Assembly (NCBI GenBank): GCA_946540675.1
Contig: CAMNIW010000001.1
Location: forward strand, 1 to 35,946
Direction: 5' to 3'
DNA: 35,946 bases
Origin: an uncultured Clostridia bacterium
GTDB lineage: Bacteria; Bacillota; Clostridia; Christensenellales; Borkfalkiaceae
Below are positions 22,947-33,300 of the stretch, piece by piece. Below the pieces are notes generated by a model that did not search any database, was not told where the DNA came from, and saw only the letters and a program-made list of their open reading frames with translations. Position numbers and translations under genes: made by a program. Positions within the stretch are counted from its first letter, which is position 1. The number at the start of each line of letters is the position of its first letter.

Positions 22947-25763
22947 TTATATTACGTCGTCTGCGGTGATAACGAAATATATGTCGGTGTTTTCGCCCTG
23001 CGACCAAGCGGTAAAGTCAAAACTTATGACGAGCGGTTCTTCTCCGCTTATTACCTTTTCGGGAAGAGTTACCGTTAGAACGGCGGCTCCGCCGTCGGCG
23101 TTGTTTTTACTGTCGTCCGTCACCGTGAGAACGCCGTTTTTGACCTTCACCTTGAAGTAATGCTCCTTGGAGTTGTCGAACGTGAATTTCTGCCCGAAAA
23201 TATCTATCGTGCCGTTGCCCGCCGAGATCGCGTACAATCCGAAATAGACTTCGGTCACGGAAGAGTAGTCGATATTGCCGAAGGTAAACGTTCCGTCGTA
23301 CGGGTCGCCGTCGAATTGCGTCATATAGAAGTTTTCGTACTCCGTCTTATACTTCGTGTGCACGTTGCCCATGCCTACGACGTTCTGATCTCCCCTGTAC
23401 CTTGCCGAGCCAACGTTCGGTTTTCCGTTAAGCCGCGCCGTTACCGCACACTCGACCGCGTACATCTCGGTAATTTCCGCCTGCGACCAAGCGTCGAAAT
23501 CGAAGTCGATAACGAGTCCTTCCGTGCCGTTCAAAACGTTTTCGGGCAGATTTGCGGTCAAGACCGTCGTGCCGCCGTCGGCGTCGTTTTTACTGTCGTC
23601 CGTCACCGTGAGAACGCCGTCCGAAATCAAAACCTTGAAGTAATGATCCTTTGCGTCGACGCCGAACTGTTCGCCTGATACGGTCACCGTTCCGTTTCCG
23701 GCGGTCTGGACGAACAAGCCGAAATACGCGCTCTGACACAATTCGTAGTTTACCCTGTCGAGCGTTATCCTGCCTTCGTGCGGCTCGTTGCCGAACTGAA
23801 CAACGTGGAAGGTTTCGTAAGTCGTCTTATATTCCGTATGATAGCCTGTCGCGCCGTCGTGATTATTCCCGGCGTCGCGCGCGCCCGAAACGATGGGGTC
23901 GTTGATACGACAAACGTTTTCGGTAAAATGCTCTTCTATTACGGCGCGGATGGCGTTGACGTTCTCGATATGCTTTTGCGAACTTCTCTGTTCGTCCGTA
24001 AGGCCGAGCGACCAGCGTTGATACGCGCCTATGGCGTCCGCCTGTTTACGGCTTCCGTTTTCTTCCGCCGTTATCGCGTTGAAATAAATTTTGTCCTGAT
24101 ACGTGACGTCGGTAGCGGACAGACCGTAATCGACGGAGATATAATCTATCAATATCTCGCCGCCGCGGACGTATTTTCCGTCTTGGGCTATCGAAGCCGA
24201 ACTTATCGCTATGCCGCCGAGACTTTCGCCTATATCGGCAAACGCGGTAAGGGGCATTTCGAGCACCGTCCACTCTCCGTTCGGTATCTGCTGACAGGGA
24301 ACGTCGCCCGACGCGCTGCCGTTGGGGCTCGCTTCGTATCTCTTTTCCGAAATTTTAAGCGCGTATTCTTGGGAATCGCTGTCCGACGGCCATCTGATTT
24401 CGCTCGGCACTCCGAAATACAAAAGCGGTGAACCGTCGGTTGCGTACAACCTTATCCTGATGCACGCGTGTCCGTTGACGGTGACCGGTTCGTCGAAATT
24501 ATAAATTGCCGAGCCGTAACTTTGCGTAAAGAATCTTACGTATCCGTCGAGATTTGAAACGTTGCCTTTGCCGTCGGTAAACGGCTCTCTTACGTATTCG
24601 GTATTCGCGACGATATTGTTGAGAAGGAATCCCGCCGTAAAACTCTTTGTGAAGTCGTCTTTGGTTTCGTTGATAAACCTGACCGAAACTTCGACGTCTT
24701 TATCGGGCATCACGAAGCGGTCGCTTTCGACTTCTTCGCCGTCCGCGTACATACACTTTATCGGCTTATCGTATTCGGGATTGCCGCTCGTATTTTCGAG
24801 CGAAAGTTCAACGACGTCGCCGTACAGCGCGTCCGTCGTATAATCGACGCTGCCGTCGATATAGGTAAACGAACATTTATGCGGTCCGTATACGTGTATC
24901 GGAAAATCGTTTTGATAATCGCGCCCGTCATACGAGAAAGACGCGGAAATCTCCGTTTCGCCGCCCTTTAAGGGAACGAGATAGTCCCCGTCTATCTTCG
25001 CGACGGCGGAGTCCGAGACCGAAAAAGTCGCTCCGTCTATCTTTTTTACCGTACCGTTCTCGTTAACGTATATCGCGAGTTCGATAGGCGAGCCTACGTA
25101 AACGTCTTTTCCCGAAAAAGACGGATAGAACTCCGTTTCCCTTTCTTTTACCGTTACTCCGATCGATCTCACCGCAACGCCGTATTCCGAATTAACGGAG
25201 ATCGTCACTGTAGTTTCGCCCGCCGCGACGGCATAAACCACTCCGTCGACTACGGTCGCGACCGTCGCGTCGCCGCTCGTCATTTCGGTTGTGCCGTCAA
25301 CCGTTTTCCCTAAATAGGAGTGAGTATATTCTATCTCGAATCTATCTCCGACAAACAGGTTTACCCCGTTTTGTTTTACGGAAATATGCGGAACGGGATA
25401 ATTCTCGGGATCGTATACGGAAACCCTGACGAGCCCCGACCGTCCGAGATCGCTTACGGCTTTTATTACGGCGGAACCTACGCCTTTGCCTTCCGCTTCG
25501 CCGTTTTCGTTCACCGTCGCGACGTTTTCGTCGGTGACGGTATACACGAAGGTTTCGCCCTTTTCGGCGTTTTTGACGGATATCCGCGCGACGTCGCCGA
25601 CGAGCAACTCTATTTTGCTTTGCGTAAACTCCAGATGCGGCAAAGAATCGCCTTCCGTCGGCGTTTCGCTTTCCGACGGCTTGGTTTTATCGGGAGCGCA
25701 ACCTATCGCCGCGCACGCCGCTATACACAACGCGAATAATATAAGAATAAATTTGTTTTTCAT
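22947..25763 (-). CDS. Large surface lipoprotein with Ig-like (Big_2-type) domains and two copies of a novel ~190-aa C-terminal module
   Basis: 938 aa. Signal peptide plus lipobox AAIGC. Big_2-like segments (VTDENVATVNENGEAEGKGVGSAVIKAVS; GDATVATVVDGVVYAVAAGETTVTI). The C-terminal module is duplicated (..YFGL..Q/AI.AGNGT..I.G..F......HYFKV....GVLTVTDDSKN.ADGG..VLT..LPE.V..G.E.LVI.FDF.AWSQ.E.T). Confidence 0.8.
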   Translation of the reverse strand: MKNKFILILFALCIAACAAIGCAPDKTKPSESETPTEGDSLPHLEFTQSKIELLVGDVARISVKNAEKGETFVYTVTDENVATVNENGEAEGKGVGSAVIKAVSDLGRSGLVRVSVYDPENYPVPHISVKQNGVNLFVGDRFEIEYTHSYLGKTVDGTTEMTSGDATVATVVDGVVYAVAAGETTVTISVNSEYGVAVRSIGVTVKERETEFYPSFSGKDVYVGSPIELAIYVNENGTVKKIDGATFSVSDSAVAKIDGDYLVPLKGGETEISASFSYDGRDYQNDFPIHVYGPHKCSFTYIDGSVDYTTDALYGDVVELSLENTSGNPEYDKPIKCMYADGEEVESDRFVMPDKDVEVSVRFINETKDDFTKSFTAGFLLNNIVANTEYVREPFTDGKGNVSNLDGYVRFFTQSYGSAIYNFDEPVTVNGHACIRIRLYATDGSPLLYFGVPSEIRWPSDSDSQEYALKISEKRYEASPNGSASGDVPCQQIPNGEWTVLEMPLTAFADIGESLGGIAISSASIAQDGKYVRGGEILIDYISVDYGLSATDVTYQDKIYFNAITAEENGSRKQADAIGAYQRWSLGLTDEQRSSQKHIENVNAIRAVIEEHFTENVCRINDPIVSGARDAGNNHDGATGYHTEYKTTYETFHVVQFGNEPHEGRITLDRVNYELCQSAYFGLFVQTAGNGTVTVSGEQFGVDAKDHYFKVLISDGVLTVTDDSKNDADGGTTVLTANLPENVLNGTEGLVIDFDFDAWSQAEITEMYAVECAVTARLNGKPNVGSARYRGDQNVVGMGNVHTKYKTEYENFYMTQFDGDPYDGTFTFGNIDYSSVTEVYFGLYAISAGNGTIDIFGQKFTFDNSKEHYFKVKVKNGVLTVTDDSKNNADGGAAVLTVTLPEKVISGEEPLVISFDFTAWSQGENTDIYFVITADDVI
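23463..23728. repeat. 266-bp segment highly similar to 25870..26135 in the next gene (constant offset 2407, no indels)
   Basis: Colinear by eye, with long identical runs such as ccgtccgaaatcaaaaccttgaagtaatgatcctttgcgtcgac and ggtctggacgaacaagccgaaatacg. Confidence 0.8.
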
Positions 25764-25787
25764 TGTTTACCGTTTTTGTTTTTGCCC

Positions 25788-25819
25788 GGGAAGGGATCTC
25801 ACGTTCGGGATCCCTTCCC
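25788..25819. other. Intergenic 11-bp-stem hairpin gggaagggatc / gatcccttccc
   Basis: Perfect 11-bp stem with a 10-nt loop between the two large lipoprotein genes. There is no clear U-tract on the minus strand, so it may be an RNA processing or stability element rather than a terminator. Confidence 0.4.
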
Positions 25820-25836
25820 TTCTTAACGAAAATGTA

Positions 25837-28386
25837 TCAACTTATCTTTTCAAAAGCCTTGATGACGTGCATTTCGGTAATTTCCGCCTGCGACCACGCG
25901 TCGAAATCGAAGTCTATAACGAGCCCTTCCGTGCCGTTCAACACGCTTTCGGACAGCGCCACGGTTATTACCGTCGCACCGCCGTCGGCACTACTCTTAC
26001 TGTCGTCGGTCATAGTCAACACACCGTCCGAAATCAAAACCTTGAAGTAATGATCCTTTGCGTCGACGACGAACTTTTCGCCTGATATGGTCACCGTTCC
26101 GTTTCCGCCGGTCTGGACGAACAAGCCGAAATACGACTGAACGTAAGAATTATAGTTCGTTTTGGGAAGAGTTACGGTTCCCGCATATTCACCCGAATTA
26201 AACTGCATCATATGGACGTAAGTTTCGTAAGAAGTGTTATACGCGGTGTGATGTCCGCCCCACTCGGTTTGTATTCTCTCTCCGCAGTCTACTGCTCCGC
26301 GAGAAGTGTCTACCGAAGGATCGTTCATCAATATCAGTTCTTTGGATTTTTCAACGAAGTATTCGTCAATGATTGCGTTTACTTCTGCAACGTCAGCCGT
26401 GTGCCATTCGCTCTCTTTTTCTTCGCTCGAAAGAGTTTCGGAGAATTGACGGAAATTCTCTATCGCTTCGTATTGAGCGGCAGATCCGCCTTCCGCAGTT
26501 ACGACGGCTTTGGTAAGAACTTTGTCTTTGCACGCGACGATTATCTCGGGAGTTCTGTAGCCGACCTTTTCGTAATCGGTAAGGTAAGTTTCCGCGGCTA
26601 CGTAACTTTGGCTCGCTTCGGCTTCCGCCGCGCTGCCCGTCAAATCGTTCAGGTCGGTCGGAAGTTTGGCAAGAGCGTCTTCCATAACGGCCTTATAATC
26701 GGTAATTCTCGACGTAACGTGGAATTCGGTTATGAATATGCGGACGTAATCGGCTATCACGAAGTCTATTTTAAGACCTTCTTCGCCGTTTACGACTTTT
26801 TCGGGAAGTTCGATCCTTGCGGTATCGACGTCTCCGGAGTTAACTTCGCGGGTAACCATATAAGTTCCCGTTCCGTCGGTGATTATGCTCACCAGTTTGT
26901 TGCCGAGATTTTGTCCGTCCGACTTCAGGCAAGTAAAGCCTTGACCGTTTACCGACATATTCAAGGTTGAACTGCCGTCTTCGATGTAGAAGCCGAAGTC
27001 TACCTTGGAGTAATGCGTATAGTTGAGTTTTGGAAGAATAACGTATCCCTTGCCTTCGGAATCGGGGTTTATGCCGAATGTCAGACCTTCGTTTAGTTGT
27101 CTTTCCTCATAATCTTTCCAGTCGACGACAAAGTCGCTGTCAAAATACCAACTGGCATTGGGATTCGCCTTTACCGCGTCTATCGAAGAGATTGCGACGT
27201 TTACCGCGCTGTTGTCGTGGATATACGTCGCGGAAATTTCGGATTTTACTCCGCTTACTATCTTGTACCAACTCGCAACGAGCGTTATGTTGTCGTCTAT
27301 CGGAGCGGTAACGTCGTACGGCTCGCCATCGAGCAACCATTCCTTGAATAGATATCCGTCGAGCGTGGGCACTACCGCCGTCATAGTCTCGCCGTAAACG
27401 ACGTTTTGCGCCTGAACGTCGGCGTTCGCAAAAGATACGGAATATACTTTTTTATCCGCTATGGCGGTTACCACGATCTCTACTTCCGAGTAAACGGTTA
27501 TCTCCGCAAGCGACTTATCCCATCTCGCGTTTTCGTAATGAGCGGGGGCTTCGGGCACTTCGGGAAGGGCGAAAGATTCGACGTTCTCGCAAGTATATTT
27601 CAATTCGGTGCTTTCTTCGTCAAACCCGACGAAGCGCACGCTGTACTCTATAGCGATCCACTTCGCGGTGAGAGTCGTATCGCCGTCTACCGTGTCGCTC
27701 TCGAAATTCCATTTCTCTTCGCCGTTATACCAACCGTCGAAAGTATAGTGCTCTTTCGTCAAAGCGGTCGGCTCCGCGACCGAAAGTCCGTCGCCTACTT
27801 CTTCCGCGGATACGGTTGCTCCGTCGTTTATGAAGGTCACGGTGCGCATTATACGCTCGTACTTCGCGGTGACTACCACCGTTTCTTCCGAATAGGTAAG
27901 ATATTCCGCGGGTTCTTTATCCCAAGCGCCGTTAGTATAATGCTCGGGAGCCGCGGGCACTTCGGGAGCGGTAAATCCGTCGACGTTCTCGCAGGTGTAA
28001 GTCTTGGTTTCGACTTCTTCCCCGTCCGCGTTCACGAATTTGACCGAATATTCTTTTGCAGTCCACTTCGCGGTGAGAGTCGTATCGCCGTCTACCGTGT
28101 CGCTCTCGAAATTCCACTTCTTTTCGCCGTTGTACCAACCGTCGAAAGTGTAGCGATCTTTTTCCGGAGCGGCAGGAGCGGTGACCAACTTCCCTTCCGC
28201 TACGGTCTGAGTAGTCGAGCCCGTGCCGTTGTCGGCGTTAAAAGTTACGGTATGCTCTACTACGGCAGGTATCTCTTCTCCGCCCTGCGGAGCGGAATCG
28301 CCGTTCTGACAAGCCGTCAACGCAAATGCCGTCGTTGCCGACACTGCCAAGCCTAACAATAAAGAAACAATTTTTTTACGCTTCAT
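25837..28386 (-). CDS. Large surface lipoprotein with Listeria-Bacteroides (InlB B-type) repeats and one copy of the shared C-terminal module
   Basis: 849 aa. Signal peptide plus lipobox ALTAC. Repeats HTVTFNADNG...YTFDGWYNGEKKWNFESDTVDGDTTLTAKW are typical of the Flg_new / Listeria-Bacteroides repeat. The C-terminus is ...GGNGTVTISGEKFVVDAKDHYFKVLISDGVLTMTDDSKSSADGG...FDFDAWSQAEITEM. Confidence 0.8.
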   Translation of the reverse strand: MKRKKIVSLLLGLAVSATTAFALTACQNGDSAPQGGEEIPAVVEHTVTFNADNGTGSTTQTVAEGKLVTAPAAPEKDRYTFDGWYNGEKKWNFESDTVDGDTTLTAKWTAKEYSVKFVNADGEEVETKTYTCENVDGFTAPEVPAAPEHYTNGAWDKEPAEYLTYSEETVVVTAKYERIMRTVTFINDGATVSAEEVGDGLSVAEPTALTKEHYTFDGWYNGEEKWNFESDTVDGDTTLTAKWIAIEYSVRFVGFDEESTELKYTCENVESFALPEVPEAPAHYENARWDKSLAEITVYSEVEIVVTAIADKKVYSVSFANADVQAQNVVYGETMTAVVPTLDGYLFKEWLLDGEPYDVTAPIDDNITLVASWYKIVSGVKSEISATYIHDNSAVNVAISSIDAVKANPNASWYFDSDFVVDWKDYEERQLNEGLTFGINPDSEGKGYVILPKLNYTHYSKVDFGFYIEDGSSTLNMSVNGQGFTCLKSDGQNLGNKLVSIITDGTGTYMVTREVNSGDVDTARIELPEKVVNGEEGLKIDFVIADYVRIFITEFHVTSRITDYKAVMEDALAKLPTDLNDLTGSAAEAEASQSYVAAETYLTDYEKVGYRTPEIIVACKDKVLTKAVVTAEGGSAAQYEAIENFRQFSETLSSEEKESEWHTADVAEVNAIIDEYFVEKSKELILMNDPSVDTSRGAVDCGERIQTEWGGHHTAYNTSYETYVHMMQFNSGEYAGTVTLPKTNYNSYVQSYFGLFVQTGGNGTVTISGEKFVVDAKDHYFKVLISDGVLTMTDDSKSSADGGATVITVALSESVLNGTEGLVIDFDFDAWSQAEITEMHVIKAFEKIS
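27658..28157. repeat. Internal 405-bp (135-codon) tandem duplication within 25837..28386
   Basis: The 54-bp run ccacttcgcggtgagagtcgtatcgccgtctaccgtgtcgctctcgaaattcca is identical at 27658 and 28063. The flanking ~45 bp are highly similar. At protein level, YTFDGWYNGE.KWNFESDTVDGDTTLTAKW.A.EYSV.F occurs twice. Confidence 0.75.
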
Positions 28387-28423
28387 AATTTTCTCCTTAT
28401 CTTTTTGTTATCAATTAAAAGTT

Positions 28424-30388
28424 TTACCTTTTTAAATTGTCGAATAAACCCGTAACCGTATCGACGCCTTCTTTTTCTCTGTTTATATCGAACATATAAG
28501 TGTAGAAATTGAATTCATCTACCAGTGCGTTTACTTCATTTTGAGTGTAATTGTTGGAATAATATTTAAGTTTCGTGTAAGTCAGTGTGAGTTCGAGTTC
28601 TTTTATGCGGTTAAAGAGTTTTTCATAGGTTTTGGGATCGTCCGTCTTGTAATGTCCGATCTTCGCATACGCCTTTTTGAATATGTCGTCGATCCGATTG
28701 ACAACGCCTTCCGTCCATATGTCGCCGTGTCCTATGTTGGAATAAATACCGCTGTTATATTCCGTTCCGTTGAGCACGGACGCCTGTTCGTAACGCATAC
28801 GCGTCAAATCGTAATACATACGTATCTCTTCGCTCGCGTCCTTGTAAAAATGCGTTATAAATTCGTTTACGAGATCGTCGTAGTTTCTCGAAGTGTCCCA
28901 AAGTATCTGAGATTCGACAAAATAGCGCATTTCCTGAAAACAGGGCTGATTGGTGGTGTTGGCTCCCTGACTGTGAATAAAGTCAACGCCCGCTTCCGCG
29001 TATTGAGCCGCCTGTTCTCTGAACGTATCGAAGTTGTTGAAGTTATAGAAGAAATAATGGAAATTGGTATCGTAGGTATACAGCAGGAATTTGTTTTCCC
29101 TTCCTTCCAGAAAGTCTTTCCACTTCAACAGGTTCTGATATACGTCGCTGTTCTCGACGTCCGTGAGAGTTTTGGAATAATCCGTGTAAATGGGAGCGAA
29201 ATAGAAGTCTATATTGTCCGCCGCCGGTATCACTTTGTCGCTGTAAGCGACCCATTTACCGTCCGCTCCCTGTTTGACGGGCGGAGTTTCGGTCGCATAG
29301 TACGCAAATACCACGAGCCTTATTTCCCTGCCCGGAAAATCTCTTTGTACCCATTCGTTTACGTAGCCCGCGACGCTGTTTATGAATTGCATCTGAAGTC
29401 CTGCGTCGTTGAGAGCCCATTCTTCTTTCGCTTTTTTACAGCGGTCGCAATTGCAAAACAGCGTTACGTCCGCCTGACCTATGCCGAAATACGTCTTTGA
29501 CGGCTCGGCTTTTATCCTTGCATAAATGTCTTCCGCCGCTTGCCGATACATTTCTTCGCCGGCCGTCCAACAAAGTTGAACTCCCGTTTCCGAAAACCAG
29601 TGGTCGGGCGTGCCGTCTTCTTTTACGGTGCCGAATTTATGACTGTCGTACCACTTTTCCTTTTCTATCACTCCGCCGCCGCCGTGCCTTAACTGGACGT
29701 GCATTTCGCCGCCGAACGCCCAACCTTCGTCCTTATATTGAGTGCGAGTCCTGCGCAAATAGTCTTCGTTGGCGTATAAGAACGAGTTCCATGTGGAAAT
29801 AGCCCTGAAATCATAGTCGGGGTCGGCTACGATATCGTACTTATATAAATCGACCGTCTCCTTTTCTTCGTAATAGATTTCGTCCGTATAATAATAGCGA
29901 TAGCCTATCGAACTTTCAAGAAGATCGTATACGCCGTATACGCAGCCGAGTCCGTTTCCGTCGGAGCGGATAAACAACTGATTGCCCGCCGTCTTCATAA
30001 TATATCCGCTTCTGCCGAGACTTCCGTCGGTCTTAACTCCCTTGCCGTCGGCGTATTCGGTGTTGCCTATACTTATGACGGCGGTATCGTCTGATATCGC
30101 GCGCGAGCCTTCTTTTACTATCGCGAGTTCGGCTCCCGTCGCTTTACTTAAAAAATAAGTCAACTCGTTTGCCGCGGTAAATTCGTTTTCGGCAGGACTT
30201 TGCGGCAGTAGTATCACGTATTCGCTGATACCGTGATCGACGAGATAATATCCCGATTTTTCGTATGCCGCCTTTTGTTGTTCGTCGGAGCCGTCTCCGC
30301 CGTTCGTCCGTCCGCTTTTGTTACACCCGACGGCGGCGAATATAAACGATAAAGCGAGAAACGCGGATAAAATTTTGATCTTTTTCAT
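28424..30388 (-). CDS. Lipoprotein, DUF4838-like (GH20-related fold family of unknown activity)
   Basis: 654 aa. Signal peptide plus lipobox AAVGC. The N-terminal segment ...YVILLPQSPAENEFTAANELTYFLSKATGAELAIVKE and overall size resemble DUF4838 proteins from memory. Not verified. Confidence 0.6.
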   Translation of the reverse strand: MKKIKILSAFLALSFIFAAVGCNKSGRTNGGDGSDEQQKAAYEKSGYYLVDHGISEYVILLPQSPAENEFTAANELTYFLSKATGAELAIVKEGSRAISDDTAVISIGNTEYADGKGVKTDGSLGRSGYIMKTAGNQLFIRSDGNGLGCVYGVYDLLESSIGYRYYYTDEIYYEEKETVDLYKYDIVADPDYDFRAISTWNSFLYANEDYLRRTRTQYKDEGWAFGGEMHVQLRHGGGGVIEKEKWYDSHKFGTVKEDGTPDHWFSETGVQLCWTAGEEMYRQAAEDIYARIKAEPSKTYFGIGQADVTLFCNCDRCKKAKEEWALNDAGLQMQFINSVAGYVNEWVQRDFPGREIRLVVFAYYATETPPVKQGADGKWVAYSDKVIPAADNIDFYFAPIYTDYSKTLTDVENSDVYQNLLKWKDFLEGRENKFLLYTYDTNFHYFFYNFNNFDTFREQAAQYAEAGVDFIHSQGANTTNQPCFQEMRYFVESQILWDTSRNYDDLVNEFITHFYKDASEEIRMYYDLTRMRYEQASVLNGTEYNSGIYSNIGHGDIWTEGVVNRIDDIFKKAYAKIGHYKTDDPKTYEKLFNRIKELELTLTYTKLKYYSNNYTQNEVNALVDEFNFYTYMFDINREKEGVDTVTGLFDNLKR

Positions 30389-30393
30389 ATTCC

Positions 30394-33300
30394 TTACCCC
30401 TTTACCGTTATCGTGAACGTCCTGACAGTCAGATTATAATCGTCGTCGTATGCCATAAACTTAAGGACGTATTTCCCTTTTTGTTCCAACCTGAATTTAT
30501 TGTCGGATACTTTGAACGAAGAAGGATATCTGTCGTGCGTCAAAGAGAGATAACTCGTTACGTTTCCGTTGTCTGAGTGAATAAGCATTCTCACTTCGCC
30601 TGTCGGAAGGAAAAGGAACACGTCGCAATACACCTTCCCCGATTCGTCGCTTGCCGATATTTCCGGCAACGTAACGGTATCTCCGACGGATTTCGTCATA
30701 TCGGAAAATTCTACGTCGAGTTCAGGCTCGACCGAATCGTACGCCGTGACGAGTTGTCCCATTCTCGTGCGCTGCCCTTCGGAATCGTAAGCCGTATAGA
30801 TGATCCTGTATACCCCGACTTCCGTAAGCCTTAAAGCGATGTTTTTGTCCGCGAGTCCCTGTCCGACTATGGTTTCGCCGGACGGAGATTGTATCTGCAC
30901 CGTGGGGTTTTGCGCCTGACTTAAAACGTCGTATGCCACCGCCGGATAAACGGTTATCTCCGAGTTGAGCGGCGCCCTTACCGGCAAATCGCCCAAGATC
31001 ATAATTTCGGGACCTTTGAGATCTCTCCTTTCGTCTTCGTTTTCACTGCGGAAACCGAGACTTTGGTTGTTGAGAAGAGTAAGCGATATCCTGCTCTCTT
31101 TTTCCACTCCGCAAAAAGCGAAGCCCGCGTATACGCCGCCGCCGAATCCCGAAAAATCCCTGCCTTTGTCGTCTTTACCGACAAAAGTCACGGAAAGATT
31201 GTCGGCGTCGGTAACGATTCCGCTCGACGGGTCGAATTGAAATTTGAAATATCCGTTTACGCTCGGGAAATCCGTTTCTTCGCCGTGCGGCGGAACGATC
31301 TTTACCCCGTCGCCGCTAACCGTAAACTTAAACGTAAGACTTACGCTTTTATCCGAAGCATCGACGAGAATTACGTCGAAAGACCCGAAATTGCAATCTT
31401 TTCCGAGATAGTTCACCCCGAGAGCGAAACTCAGCCCGTTGAGTTCGTTTGTAAACGTCGCGTAAGCGTCCTTACTCGCCATAAGGTCTATACCCGTCAT
31501 GGTTTCTACGACGGACATATTACCGTCCGCGTTATAAAAGTACGCCGTCTGATCTTTTCCGTTCTTGCCGTCCGCGACGAGAACTTCTTTTTCAATCCGA
31601 TCCAACTCCGTTCCGTCCGCGGAAAGAGCGCGACAGACGACCGTTGCGGTAAGCGCGTCCTTGTCCGCCTTAAACGAACGGGTTTCGTCGAGAACGTTTC
31701 CGTCTACGAGATATTCGATCTTACAGTCGATGGTTTCGCCTTCGTGACACGCCTTTGCCGAAACTTCGGGAACGACGTATACGAACTCCGACATGAGTAC
31801 GTCCGGCAAGTCGATACCGCTTAAAAACAAAGTCCGCTCGTTTGCGGTCACTTCGACGTTTACCGCCGCCGACGCCGACGCTCCGTAATAATCGGTCGCC
31901 GTATATTCTATCTTATAATCGCCGATCTTCATCGGAACGAAGACCGAATCGGTCAATTCCGCTTCTTCGCCGTCGGGGTCTAACACCCTGACCGTTACGT
32001 CCGACCTGCCGTTTCCGCCGAAAGCGCGTATAAACTCCGCTTCGGTAACTTTTATCGGGTCGAAGATCGAAGCGGTAAAGTCGGACGGCAGATTGGTAAG
32101 CGTTATGTCTTCCGCTTTTGCAATACACTCAAACGATATTTCTTCTTCGGCGCGGTTTCCCGAATAATCGGTCGCGACGTATTTTACGGTGTATTTACCC
32201 AATTTATCCGTCTTAAAAGTTCCGTCCGTTATCATCACGTCGCATACGCTCCCCGTAAAGGGGTTTTCGTACAATACGCGCGTTTCGATATCGACGTCGC
32301 TATCGAAAAAGTCGTAAGCATAGCAGGGGAACACCCTGTAATCCGTACCGAGCAGAGAGTTCGGGGCTTTGGGTTGCCCGCCCAAATCTATATATATTTC
32401 GGGGGCGACGGTATCTTCTATGGTATCGCCCTGAAGAGATATGCCCGCGATCCGATTGAATATAACCCTTCCGCCGCCCGTCTTTACGTCGGTAAAAGTC
32501 ACGGTCATTACGGCTTTTCCGCTCTCGAACCCTTTCCACGCGTTGCCGCCGAAAATAACGGGGTCGTCATAGTCCACGATAAGACTCTTGACTCCGAAAT
32601 GCGGAATATACAGCGCCTTTTCTTCCGAATCGTAGTATATCTTTATCGAATAGTCGGATTCTCCGTTCATCGTCGCCGCTCTGAAACTGCACGTCGCGGA
32701 CGTTCCGTATATATCTTTTTGTTGCCAATAGGGCTGTTCTCTGTCGTAGTTGTAGCCGCCCGCGGTCTGTCCGTTGGCCGCGCCGTTTACGAATATAACG
32801 TGCTTAGGCGTGCCGCCGTCGGCATTGCCGTCCGTTACGGTAAACCTGAAATACGACGAACTGTCTTCGGGATCGGTAAGCGTCACTATCATCTGCTTGA
32901 AATCGGCCTCGCCTTCCGTTTCCGGCTCGACGATCGCCTCGAAAAACACGTCGTTTTTAGTGAAACTCTCCATGTTTATTTCACGGTTGAAAGTTATCGC
33001 CGCGCCGGCGTTTACGTTTATCGCGACGCCGCCGTATCCGCTGTTTTCCGGCAAATATTTATAATCCGCCACGCCGTCTATCTCCGCAAGGGCGTTTACC
33101 GAAAACATATCGGTCGCGCCCATAACGGCTACGCACTCTTCGGTGTGTACCACCGCGTCGTTCACGACGTATTCCACGACGTACCGTCCGCCGCGATCCG
33201 CCGTAAACTTATTTCCGCAATAAGTAACCCCGTCGGGCGTCGTGACGTTTGACTTCGCCTTGACGGTCGTTCCCCCCGATTCCGCGTAATAATCGGGAAT

